From Octopus sinensis (lineage: Eukaryota), in contig NC_043006.1 in assembly GCF_006345805.1 (NCBI RefSeq), forward strand, positions 30,814,001 to 30,878,000: 64,000 nucleotides of DNA, in the 5' to 3' direction. Shown piece after piece: positions 12,991 through 25,502 of the stretch. The first letter of the stretch is position 1; each line of letters starts with the position of its first letter. The position numbers and the translations under genes were made by a program. The notes beneath the pieces were generated by a model that saw only the letters and a list, made by a program, of their open reading frames with translations, did not search any database and was not told the DNA's origin.

Positions 12991-13610
12991 TGGGCCATCG
13001 AAAAAATGCTATGAAAATGTTCATTAAAACAAAGGGAAGTTACTGAGTGATTGACCGTTATTAAGACAAAAGAGCTATTAGAATGACTACTAAGTAAGGG
13101 GAGGGAGTAAAGGTAAGGGAGTAAAAATATTCATAGTAATCGCGTAAGCGTGCATGTCCATACATACACATGAGTGCCATCACACCCAAGTACATGCGCC
13201 TATATGTATATACTCATCCACCCTCACTTGAAACAAAAAATGTGCTCACCTACACATTCGCCAAAAAATATATACATACTCGCATACACGCTCGCACACA
13301 CACACACACGGGCACAGAAAAGGTTCATACACACATCTATATATGCACATTCATAAGAAAAAACAGGGCTAAAAGCAAAAAATGGAAAAATATGTAAAAA
13401 AGTTTTAAAATAAGCAATAAGAGTAAAACATGTCTATATACACACATACTCACATGCATGCACACACACACGTCTATATAAGCACATACCTGCACAGGTG
13501 CACACATCCACATGCACATGCAAAAAATTCCATATGCACATCTATATACACACAGAAAAAATACAGGGTGGAAGGTAGAATACAGAAAAATTAGTTAAAA
13601 AAAAAATTAT

Positions 13611-14024
13611 ATGAGCAATAAATCCTTAGATCTAAATAAGAATATTTATAAACCTTATAGGAAGCCCAATGATAGACTTAGTTATATTAATGTGGGTTCC
13701 TGCCATCCCCCCATGGTGTTTAAAAATTTAGTTAAAAACATTAGCAAAAGAATTTCTAACCTCTCCTCTGATTGGGACATTTTTAATAGCGTTGCCCCAG
13801 TATATAATAAGGCTCTAAAAAATAGTGGATTTAGCAAGGAAATAACCTATACACCTGCCACCAGTTCAATAATAAAGAAGAGGAAACATAGGAATAGGAA
13901 AACTATCTGGTTCACACACCCCTACTCACCCGAGGTGACCTTTAATATAGGCAAGCATTTCTTAGCACTGATAGATAGACATTTTCCAGTCAACCATAGT
14001 TTCAGCTCAACTACTAACCAGTAA
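13611..14024 (+). mobile_element. Penelope-like element fragment (RT C-terminal/thumb-linker region)
   Basis: YKPYRKPND..YINVGSCHPP..KNISKRISNLSS..FNSVAPVYNKALKNSGF..KTIWFTHPYS..NIGKHFLALIDRHFP matches Penelope-clade PLE proteins. Confidence 0.85.
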
Positions 14025-15204
14025 TTTAATAATTACTGGTATCCTAATATACTAATATATTTTATATGTAAAGCATAATATGTTATACATGTATGTATAT
14101 TCTTGTAATTGTCATTTTAGTAAATAAATAAATAAATTGATATAATATAATGTCTAAAAATTGATGAACCACCTATTGATCCCCTCCATTTTCTTATTGC
14201 TCTATAATTTATTGGTAAAATATCTCTTTACCCTCACCTATTTAGGACACTCGGTAATGTAATAGCAATTTAGGACACTCGGTAGTTAATTGTGTATTAA
14301 TAATTGGGTTTTCTACCAGCAGTATATTGGATAGATATTATCCCTTAGTTGGTTGGATTCACAACCTCTAACTTTCTTGGAAATATATATATATGTATAT
14401 ATCCAAAAACGAGCTTAAAAGGATATATTATCTTGGCAGTTACCATGTTTTCTCTAAATTCACTTTCAGATGCTGGCTAACCCCAATGGTCCTTTTGTAG
14501 CACCCATACCTCCCAAAAAACACTTTATTCGTTCAGTTTGTTGATTCCTTCAGTTTCACTTTGAAATGGCAGAGAGGAACTGCACTGAACATGACACCAG
14601 TCTGCATATCCTACAGTGTGCAATCAATGCAGTTGAAATGCATGTAGGTCCAGAAAAGAATGCTGTAAATAAAATTATGGATGTAAAAAATCTCCATCCT
14701 CCTTATCATTATTAATACTATATATGTCGGCTGTAGGGTGTGATTTGAGGGAATGAAGCTACTGTTTCTAGTGGGTGATATCACTTAAAAAAGGTAACTG
14801 TGTAATGTAGTATAGCTCTGCATGGTTGATCCCTCAGTAACTCAACTGGTGACTCAATGCTGTTTGTTTGTTAAGGAGGGGGGTATTCTGGATATCCTGA
14901 AGGACGAGCTAAGCAGAATGACTAGCCATGGCCACATGTCAACTGCTGCATTAATATATACAAACTGCTACATAGCACTTACAACACTACAATACATCAA
15001 AAAGTGACAGGCATTAATATTCCATCGATCTCCTGGACAACATTAGCAGTAACAATGCCAATGACACTTGCAAAAGTTAAGTACAATTTAAAAACAGATG
15101 CAAAAGGAAATAAATGAATTAATAAAAAAAATAAGCAATAAACAAATATAGAAAGAAAGAAAAACAAATTTTAATTACTTGGTATTTCTAATTTCATTAA
15201 TTAC

Positions 15205-15333
15205 CTGGTATATTTAATTCCTTTGATAATTTATCAGCAAATTCTTCTGAGCATTTGACACAGTCGTCCATGGTGGCACCACGTACAGGAATGAATGGAC
15301 ACACATCCAGAGAGCCAATTCTTGGATGTTCTC
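15205..15333 (-). CDS. FTCD: FTCD coding exon 3 (EHPRIGSLDVCPFIPVRGATMDDCVKCSEEFADKLSKELNIP)
   Basis: 129 nt, AG/GT bounded; GEHPRxG motif with the catalytic His (His82 in mammalian numbering). Confidence 0.97.
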
Positions 15334-16319
15334 CTTCAAAATGAATAAAATTAATAACAAGTGTAATCTTGCCTTGGCAATTGGAGATAACTTTTTCATC
15401 ATAAAACTCTGCTAATTATATTCATCACTAATTAGATTCCTCATTTACCTAAATGGTATTCCATCTGTGAGTCTTTCCTACTTTTCTCATGTTTTACAAT
15501 CAGGACTCAGTTAACTATTTTTAGGATTGTTTAACAGAATTTTAATGGGAAATTTTGCTGCTATTTCATACAAGTTGGGCAGCCTATTTTCCTTACTAGC
15601 TGTAATAATGTGTGCTTGAATAAATTTTATATTCTGTCAAATACAATTAGAAGACTTTGAAAAAAAAAGAAAACAAAAAAGCACAAGTCAGAGATTGCAA
15701 AAATTAAATCAGTAGAAATGAAAAACCAGATGGTAAATTAATGGTAAATTCTTGGGGAGCAGAGTTCAAGAATCTTACTTTAATTGCAAGGAAAAAATGG
15801 ACTCCTTCATATTCATTTCTAATGTTTTAGGAATGATACAAATTGTACATTTCCTCATTTTCTGCTCTTCTAAAAATCTTAAGTTCCATCACTATTTGGT
15901 AAAGAGAAAATATTGCAGTTATTTTGTCTGCAGGAACTTTAAGATCATACCCAGCTCTGTTCCCACTGAGAACATACCAGTTCTTCATAACAATGTTGGT
16001 AGAAGTAATTATATTAACATAAAATTAATATAATTTATGCCCTCTCTGTCTTCTCACTTTCTCTCTCTCTCTTTCTGCCTCTTTCTCTTCCTTCACTGAC
16101 ACCACCCCTTACTTCCACTCCATTTCAACCCATTTCTTATCACTCACATTCAATTCTTTTATCCCTCATTCTCATCAGTGATAAAAAAAACTCAGTACTC
16201 TTAGACACACCTGCACACATAAGTCTGTCTCCAGTTTATTTCTCCATAGGGAATTAAGATGGCATTGCTTTCAATACTGACCAGTTCTATACTACACACA
16301 TACACACACACACACACAC

Positions 16320-16356
<37 letters not shown>

Positions 16357-17007
16357 CACACACGCACACACGCATTTGTAATAACCTACATGTTTTCACA
16401 CACCACTAAACTGAAGAATAAAACAATCACATCATTGAAATTGCAAAGTTATGAAATAATGCATAATTGAAGACAATGTGAATAAATAAGCATCACATAT
16501 CATAGAATAATCCAAATGCTAAAGGATTAAGATGCTAAAGGATTAAGATTAAGCAATATAGTCGAGTCAACTGACCAAATTTAGTCTCAAGATGAAATTA
16601 AAATAAAAAGCTAGAAATGAATGTTTTAAGTGCAGGTATAACTGAGTGGTTAAGAATTTATTTTGCTGCCTTATGCTTCTGTTGGCATGGGTTGGATGCT
16701 TTAACAGGAGCTGACTATCCAGAGAGCTGCACCAGCCTCCAGCTCCATCAAATCTTATGAATAAGATGAAAATGACCTATTGCCTCTAAAGTGTCCAAAA
16801 TTTGATAAAATTATCCACAGAAGGGATGTAAAGAATTTTTTTTTTAATAACTCATTCTTGAATTACCCCCTTTCTCAATTGGTATACTAAACATTGTGTA
16901 CAAAAGTTATAAAAATTCAGCATAACCCTATACATACCTCACCAAAATATTACCATGCCCCACATTGGGAATCAAAGAAATAGAGTGATCCTGTAACAGT
17001 TCCTTAC

Positions 17008-17191
17008 CATGTTGTTGACTCAGATCAATAAGTTTGAAGGCTTCTCTGGATGCTCTAAGGGCACCTTCCACTACTGCTTCTGGGGAACCAACAAATGTGT
17101 AGACAGTTCTGTTTGCTGATGGACCATTGTCAACGTCAAGCAAAGAACAGCCATTAGTCTCAGCTATAGCATTGGAAATGGCATCAATGAT
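17008..17191 (-). CDS. FTCD: FTCD coding exon 2 ([62 protein letters not shown])
   Basis: 184 nt, ccag acceptor, GTAAGG donor, phase 0 to 1; formiminotransferase N-subdomain motifs. Confidence 0.97.
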
Positions 17192-18862
17192 CTGGTAAGG
17201 AAATTAGTAAAAGAACAACTCATGACATAACAAGCTATTGCAAAGAGAAAGATCTGAGAGAAAGAAAAGGATAAATATATATATGTATGTCTAACACATG
17301 CCAGCATGGAAAATGGATATGAAATGATGTATGTATGTATGTGTGTATGTATGTACGCATGTATGTATGTGTGTATGTATGTGTATGTGTGTATGTGTGT
17401 TGTATGCATGCGTGCATGTATGAATTTACTGTTCACTTGTTTGTAGACGAGCAAGGAAGTATTCAATCCAGCAAGTGATGAATATCATTTAACAAATACA
17501 GGAGTTATACATGAGCTACTTCAAGTTTCATGTTAAGACAGTGCAGTAATCACAGACATTCTTCTGCAATTGTTCAGATTCAGATAACATGGCTACTTCA
17601 TGAGGGAATCTAAAACAGAGGGAGAAGACAACATTAAAGAAAAGGGAGCAAGGGTTAGGGTTATTTTCCTTTAACCCATTAAATGAAGAATAATGGTAAA
17701 TTTGAATGTTTACATCTAAAAAAAAGGAAAAAAAATTCTTCCTGCCAGAGTGTTGTTGAATGGAGGAGAAAGTTAAAGTGTGTTAAACTGTATCTAGTCT
17801 GGTGAGGGTGGAATTTCCACAAGTTTTTACTTTTGAAATAAGTACCTCGTTGCTCGAGTTGCTAGAAAGAGCAACCAAATCTTCCTGACAAAAGGAAAAA
17901 TGAAATTTCTGTCTTCAAGGAAAAAAAAAAAATAATAATGCAAGTTTATAAGTTTATATTATTTTATACAGGAATCCCAATATTTGGAATATGGATACTT
18001 GCTATCTTTTATTCTTTCAACTTTTCTTTAACTTTAGCTGCTTCAATTAATTAAAAAATCTGTCGGTTAGACTGAAAAGATCCCCGGGGCCAGTCAATTA
18101 GATTGACCTCAGTATACAACTGGTGTGACTAATATTGTTTCAATTATTTTGGTAAGTATGGTAGATAACTTCTGACATATTTCAGTCTTATTATGATGCT
18201 ATTGGCATAACAGATTTCATTGTAGTTGTAGCTGTGATGATGGGAGAGTCATAATAAAAGACAATACGTTTGCTATTCTTGTCGGACTGGAGATTAAGAA
18301 AACTGGAAACATATTTCTTAGAAATTATCTCATTTAATAAAGTTTATCCCTGTTAGCATAAAATACTGTGGCAAAGGATTATGAGAATGAAATCAAGTTG
18401 AAATACAAAAATAAAAAGTCAGAATGTTCACAGTTAAAACACAAACTACACATGTATCAAGATTCAAAGAATCATCACACCTGACTCTATAAAGACAGGG
18501 GAAGACCTATGGGGTCTGCGAGAGACATTTATGGGCAGGTGGAATGGTTTATTCATTGAGTTAGGGATTTTTTACTTGTATGTGGGAGTTTAATAAAACA
18601 TTGCTGACATCATCACTAACATCACTGTCATCATCAATAAACTCTTCATCATCATTGTTGTCATCATCATCATCATCATCATCATCATTAGTGATGACAT
18701 CACCATTGTTGACAGTGTTGCCATTGTCATCAGAATCATGATCATGTTGGAATAATCTTGTTATTTATGATAAACATATCAATAAAATATATATATGTAT
18801 AAAAAAACAACACAAAGACCCCTTCATTGGAAGTAATTAAAGGGAACAAATGAAATACTCAC

Positions 18863-18925
18863 TTTTTGATCAGAACCTTCAGAAAAGTTTGGAACACATT
18901 CAATTATTTTTTCATTGGCAAACAT
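18863..18925 (-). CDS. FTCD: FTCD first coding exon (MFANEKIIECVPNFSEGSDQK)
   Basis: ATG at 18925-18923; ECVPNFSEG is the FTCD N-terminal motif; GTGAGT donor follows; preceded by pyrimidine-rich AG acceptor(s), so a non-coding exon lies upstream. Confidence 0.95.
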
Positions 18926-19640
18926 TTTTCTGTAGAACCCTGTAGAAAGAGATTTGTTTCTGTTCCTTTCTTTGGTGCTGATAACAATGAGACAAAAGAG
19001 AATTAATTTACTGAATAAAATTTTCTAATGATTGACAAACCAAACTGAGTTTAATAATTGACCAATGAAATTGAATTAAGAAAGTTGATTATCAACTTCT
19101 TTATCAACTGGTGCATGCTACCTTACAAAATCTTTTACAAATTGATTAACAAAAAAGAAGAAAAGGAAAGAAAGAAAAAAAGGAAAGGAAAAGAAGATAT
19201 GCAAAGACATTTGTAAATGACAAACAGCTGTGACATATGAAGATAAAGAGTCACCTTTTGTATCTTATCAGAGAAGGTTGATGTTAATGCAGTCATAGTC
19301 AGGCACATACACACAGGCACGCACACGCACACACACACACACACACACTTCTTGATTTTTTTCTTTTTCTTTTTTAGTCTTTATTCAAAAACGGTTACAC
19401 CTGCTCAGGCAAATGGCCAACACACAACAATACCACATGTACAACAATACAATGATACAATAATATAATAATTAAAAAAACTGGAAAACTGTAATTTTAG
19501 AGTAAAAATTGTTGCATTCTGATTGTGCTACATTGTATTCTTAAAATTCTTGAGGTGCTTACATTCCACAGACAAGGATTGAAGGTGGGCACTTTAGCAT
19601 CAAAAAAAGTAGCCACTGGCCTATTCACCATATGCAAAGT

Positions 19641-20030
19641 AGGCATAGCTGTGTGGTAAGAAGCTTGCTTCCCAACCACATGGTTCTGGGTTCATGTCCT
19701 ACTGTGTGGCACCTTGGGCAAGTGTCTTCTACTATAGTTCAGTGCTGACCAAAGCTTTGTGGAGTGGATTTGGTAGATGGAAACCAAAAGAAGCTTGTCA
19801 TACATGTGTGTGTGTGGGTGTGGGTGTGTTTTGTGTCTTTTGCCCCCCCCTCTCTCCACCACTTGAAAACCGGTGTTGGTGTGTTTATAACCCTGAAACC
19901 TAGCAGTTCTGCAAAAGGGGCCAATAGAGAAAGTCCCAGGCTTAAAAAATAAGTACTGAGGGCAATTCATTTGATCAAAATTCTTCAAGGCAGTGCTCCA
20001 GCATGGCCACAATCTAATGACTGAAACAAA
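19641..20030 (+). mobile_element. tRNA-derived SINE, near full length
   Basis: Head gctgtgtggtaagaagcttgcttcccaaccacatggttctgggttca, internal (TG)n, 3' tail ccagcatggccacaatctaatgactgaaacaa. Confidence 0.8.
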
Positions 20031-21321
20031 AGATAATAGATCCAAGAAACAAGCAGAATTTGGTGCCAAACAGTTTTGGAACTTTTCTTTGACAGAAGAC
20101 CATGGAACCTTTTATAAACATAACAAGCCCAAGTAAAGCTGAATATGGCTAAGAATAATCAGTGGACACAAGAAGCTGACCAGGGACACATTCCAATGTA
20201 ATCTTTGTAGTTTTTCAAGACAACCTCTTGAAATAAAGTTAGTGTGATCTTGACTGGTGGTGAAGTGAGGAAAAAATCAAAGTGAAGAAAATCTAAGTTT
20301 TTTGTATATTTGTAGGAACACAGCTTCATTAGCCAGTAAAACAACAACTGACAAAGCATAAATAGGTGAGGTGAAGCTATTTTGCCTGCAGGAGTAACTT
20401 GGCAGGTAAATCTGAGGTCAGTTGTGAACCAAAACAACATCATTATTTTGTGTGGTGTAGTTGGTAGCACTCAATCCTTTTTCTCGTAGAGGCTGTATCC
20501 AACTGGATAACCAAAATAGCCACCATCTTAAATAGTCCTATTCACACGAAAACATGCAAAATTATTAGTGAAACAATGATATACCATTTATTGCAGAATG
20601 ACTATTAAGAGTTAAATCTGAATTATCAGTCTAACCTCATCTCAAATATTTCATCCATTTTCGTAAGAGAAAATAATTTTATATTTGAATTTATAACTCT
20701 TGCTTTACACCAGCCATATTGTCTTGGAAAGTTCAAGACAAATAGAGCACAATATCTTGTCAAAGACTATCAGATATTTTCATAGATGAAACTATTTCAT
20801 TAAGGATGTCAATGCTTCTCGTTATATAACAAGATAGCTAATTTATTGTATAATATAAATTTAATATTTATAATGGTAGAAATTGATAATGTTTTGGGTT
20901 TAAATAACAGCCACAAAATTTAGATTATAAATCTTGAAAGAGACTGCTGTCTCCAAGATATGTCCTGTTTATCAACTTCTGTATAAAGTGTTGATAATGT
21001 GACTGACAATGAAGAGCAAATTAGACAATAGTTTTGGTTTACACTGAAAACATTCTGTTATATGGTTTATTATTGCTTTTTTTCAGATTTTACTTGTTTC
21101 AGTCATTAGACTATGGCCATGCTGGGGCATCACCTTAAAGAAGTTTTAGCTAAAAGAACTCCTCCAAAAACTTAATATTTTTTTTAGCCTGGTACTTATT
21201 CTGTTGGTTTCTTTTGCCAAACTGCCAAGTTACAGGGACATAAATACACCAACACCAGTTGTCAAGCAGTGTGTGTGGCAGGGAGCAAACACAGGCACAA
21301 AGACTCTCACACACACACATT

Positions 21322-21354
<33 letters not shown>

Positions 21355-22028
21355 TATATATATGACAGGCTTCTTTCAGTTTCCATTTACCAAATCTACT
21401 GACAAGGCTTTGGTTGACACAAGGCTACAGTATAAGACACTTGCCCAAGGTGCCACCTAATAAGATTGAACCTGAGACCCAGTTGACAATGGCTTTTATC
21501 TTTTTTCTCTTGATCTGTAGCAGGAAACTCCTTTTAGTTGTAAGGGTGAAGTGTAAGTGCACACTTGGGGCCACAACTGGGCTGAAAACAATAATGAAGC
21601 CTTACTTTGACAGTAATGTTACATTATGTTACAAATAGGTAACAGATATGTTACAGATATGTAACCTGATTTCCTTCTTGTTGCTATAGATGCACATCTG
21701 GCTGAATGGTTAAGGAATTTGTTTTGCAATGACAGGTTTTCGAAATTGATTCCACTGGTATCTTGTGCAAAGCAAGTAAAAGTTGGTGACAAGAAAGTTA
21801 TATGACCATAGAATACTGATAGTGGATATCTACTGCTGATGATGTGCAAACATTGCAGAAATCACATGTTCAGCAGTTCCACCACGGGTGTTGGACATTT
21901 TTGTGCTTTTTAGTATTATATGAATATATGAGAAGCTTTCTCATGACAAATACTCCAGAACTGAGGCATTCTTACAATATGTCCACATTAAGTAGGATAT
22001 ATATATATATATGTATGTATAAAAAATG

Positions 22029-22070
<42 letters not shown>

Positions 22071-22073
<3 letters not shown>

Positions 22074-22415
22074 AAAAAATAAAAAAGAGTGAAAATCTAC
22101 TTAAGTCGTTATATTAGAAAAATGTTATAAAATTTTGTGTATAGTAACATAGTTTTTGGAGAAATAACCGGTTTCATATTTTCTTTTTAAATTTCTCAAA
22201 TTTCTTTACCTACATTGTGTCAAAGACATGACATGATGTAGGTAAACAAATTTGAGAAATTTGAAAAGAAAATAGGAAACCGGTTATTTCTCCAAAGACT
22301 ATGTTACTATACACAAAATTTTATAACATTTTTCTAATATGACGACTTAAATATATTCTTTAACCTTATAACACAAGCCTTCTGTAGTTTTTTCACTATT
22401 TTTTTATTTTTTATA
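22071..22415. repeat. Palindrome with 115-bp inner arms (22101-22215 / 22236-22350) and short outer arms
   Basis: Near-perfect reverse complement with a 20-nt loop; both arms carry GAAACCGGTT-ATTTCTC, a hammerhead 3' half. Confidence 0.9.
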
Positions 22416-22476
22416 CATCCAACCACGTGCTTTCACACATCAACTCTCTCACCTATATATATATATGTATATATAT

Positions 22477-22534
<58 letters not shown>

Positions 22535-22561
22535 CATACATACACACAAACACATATATGT

Positions 22562-22900
22562 ATGCATGCACCGCCTCGACTGGCTTCTGTGCCGGTGGCA
22601 CGTAAAAAGCACCATCCGAACGTGGTCGATGCCAGCGCCGCCTTGACTGGCTTCTGTGCCGGTGGCACGTTAAAAGCACCAACCAATCGTGGCCGCTGCC
22701 AGACTCCCCTGGCACCTGTGCCAGTGGCATGTAAAATGCACCCACTACACTCGCGGAGTGGTTGGCGTTAGGAAGGGCATCCAGCTGTAGAAACACTGCC
22801 AGATCAGACTGGAGCCTGGTGCAGCCTCCTGGCTTCCCAGACCCCGGTCGAACCGTCCAACCCGTGCTAGCGCGGAAAACAGACGTTAAACGATGGTGAT
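22562..22900 (-). mobile_element. SINE/RTE-related repeat with (CAT)n end; homologues at 60890-61230, 54705-54910, 42012-42240, 39330-39600
   Basis: Shared cagctggatgcccttcctaacgccaaccactcc..gagtgtagtgggtgc core, with internal ~65-bp duplications. Confidence 0.75.
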
Positions 22901-23169
22901 GATGATGATATATATATATATATATGAATATATGAATACAGTGCTGGTGCCACATTAAAAGCATTCAGCAGCCTTGGGTAGATTTTCTACCTGGCTGGCT
23001 CCTGTCACTGTCCTACCCATGCATGCATGAAAGATGGACATTAAATGATGATGATGATACATACACACACACACACCTCCATATATATATATGTGTATAT
23101 ATATGTACATATGTACACAAACGTGACAAAAGTAAATAGACACCCTTATAATCATAAAAATTTCTTTAA

Positions 23170-23388
23170 CCCTTTAGTGTTTAAACTGGCCATATCTGGC
23201 CCAGATATTCTACATGTTTTATATTCAAACTGGCAATATCTGGACTCTCACACCTACCCGACAATGTCATTCTAAATATAAACAATCACATCATTGAAAC
23301 CTCAAAGATATATGATAATGCATGATTAATTCAAAACATTTGAGTGGGAAAGTATTACATTTAACAGAGTAATCTGAACACTAAAGGG
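23170..23388. mobile_element. piggyBac-type MITE (219 bp)
   Basis: Perfect 12-bp TIR CCCTTTAGTGTT / AACACTAAAGGG with TTAA on both sides; a partial relative lies at ~16420-16540. Confidence 0.8.
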
Positions 23389-23442
23389 TTAAATCTGAAA
23401 TTATACATTCAAATTATTTATTAATCATTATAATGTGAATAT

Positions 23443-24330
23443 TTAATATTTAGTAGACATGCCCTTTACATTTTTCAATGCAAAGACCCTATTAGGCATG
23501 TTACTCATCAGATGATGAATATTCTCTTGTGGAATTTCTTGCCAAATTTCATGCAATAATATCAAAAGATCTGGCTTTGAAGATGCTTTCTTGTTCTTTT
23601 TATGAAATGTCCTGTTCATTACGCCCCAGAGGTGTTCAATAGGGTTCATATCTGGCAACTGGCTTGGTCATGAAGGCTTTTTAATGCTATTCTCATTCAA
23701 CAAATCTTGGGTCATTTTAGCCATGTGATAAGGAGCCCCATCTTCCATAAATAAAGAGTCTTCTTTTGTCATTTCACCACCGGAGAAGATTGGAAGGGGC
23801 CCTTTCTGCAATATGGCCACATATTTATCTGAGTTTATATTTCTCTCACACTCCACCAGTTCTAATCAACCATTGCTCCAAATTGCTCCCCAGATAATCA
23901 CAGAATATCTGCCTTGTTTCATTGTTGGCTGCAATCTTTTCCTATCAAATTCTTGATCACAGATCCTCCAGACCCACATTCAATCACTATCAGGAAATAC
24001 AGCAAATCTGGACTTATCAGAGAATATGACAGTGTCCTAAAATGATAGTGGCCTCTCCACCATCTCACTGGCCTTATCTTTTCTCTGCTTGATGTCAGCT
24101 GGTCGAAGAAATGGCTTCCTCCTTTCTGCTCTGCCATAGTAACCAAGTTTGTGGAGATACCTGACAGTTGTTCTGGGACTGACATCAACTTGTTCTGTTA
24201 TGTCCGAGACCTTGCAATGAGGATTATGTTCCACAATTCTCTTATCAAAGAGAAGGATCCTGTCAGAAGACCCTGGTTGATCTGGGCGAGGTGATGTGGA
24301 TTTTGTTTCAAAGGAAATATATATATGGGA
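23443..24330 (-). mobile_element. Decayed Tc1-like transposase
   Basis: Fragments GYYGRAERRKPFL, VIFSD.SRF, FMEDGAPYH and PDMNPIEHLW..MPNRVFALKNVKGMSTKY*, broken by frameshifts and stops. Confidence 0.9.
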
Positions 24331-24842
24331 TGACCTAGATGAGATGTATACACACACACACACACATTGTTAATAAAACAAACCCTGAAACTGAAGAAAA
24401 TATGTGCTAAACACACAAGTTTATCAGTTTAAGAAAATGTTTGTCTGACCATGAATAAATTTTTGTTGATTTTCTTGGATTTTGGAATGTAGCTAACATG
24501 AAGAAAGGACATCTTTGAAACTATAAACCAAGGATTGCTTTGAAAGGGGATTACAAATTAAAAGTTCTGATAACAATGTTCATGAATATTGAATTCCACA
24601 AACAATATAATTAATTGTTGATTTCTTTATTTTCCTAATTACTCTTTCCTGCCATTGTGGCACTCATGTTCAAAGGCCGATGTAATTCTGTAATGGCTAA
24701 TTAGCATGCTTGCTTAATTCAGTTAGAGAATCATTCAAATTATTCCACATTCTTCATTGCACTTTTACTCTGCCTGTCTGTTTGTCTGTCTCTCTGAATT
24801 TCAAAATTTTATTTATTTATTTATACATACATACATACGTAT

Positions 24843-24887
<45 letters not shown>

Positions 24888-24891
24888 TAAA

Positions 24892-25070
24892 TAAATTAGG
24901 TTATCTACGAGATACCACCATGCTGAAAATAGCAGCCATGATCAGACTCTAAAACGACCTTATTTGTCCATATATCAATACGTGTTGATATATGGACAAT
25001 AAGGTGGTTTTAGAGTCTGATCATGGCTGCTATTTTCAGCATGGTGGTATCTCGTAGATATCCTAATTTA
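24892..25070. repeat. Palindrome, ~87-bp arms with 6-nt loop
   Basis: taaattagg..ccatatatcaa / ttgatatatgg..cctaattta; 2 substitutions and 1 indel. Confidence 0.92.
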
Positions 25071-25180
25071 TAATTTTAATAATTATTACCTTTGAAGGTT
25101 ATTTTTTTCCATGCTGACCACTTGATAAAATTGCTATTTTATTCTTAAATAAGGATCTTATACTTATATATATATATATC

Positions 25181-25212
<32 letters not shown>

Positions 25213-25342
25213 TATATTAAATTAGAGATAAAACCACTATTAGGCAAATCATACAATGAAAAACTTAAGCCAATACATAAGATTAATTAATTTATATTAT
25301 TTAAATATATATCAAAATTATTAAAAAAGATAATTAGTATAA

Positions 25343-25405
25343 CACTACGATCGTTTCATGGCTGTCCAATTCTTGAAATTTCGAGTTACAGTCATTCTTC
25401 AGGTG
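25343..25405 (-). ncRNA. Minimal type I hammerhead ribozyme motif at the outer end of the inverted PLE arm
   Basis: CAC-CTGAAGA-ATGACTGT..ACAGCCAT-GAA-ACGATCGT-A-GTG: full core, 7/8-bp stem II, self-complementary stem III, GUA triplet, 3-bp stem I. Confidence 0.72.
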
Positions 25406-25442
25406 GTTTAAATATTTAACTTAGTGAGGTTTAATCAATGAA

Positions 25443-25494
<52 letters not shown>

Positions 25495-25502
<8 letters not shown>

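Noticed and set aside
19641-19720. tRNA-like sequences with A/B boxes (also 44950-45029 and others)
   Set aside because: They are SINE heads continuing into family-specific bodies, with no complete cloverleaf, so not called tRNA genes.
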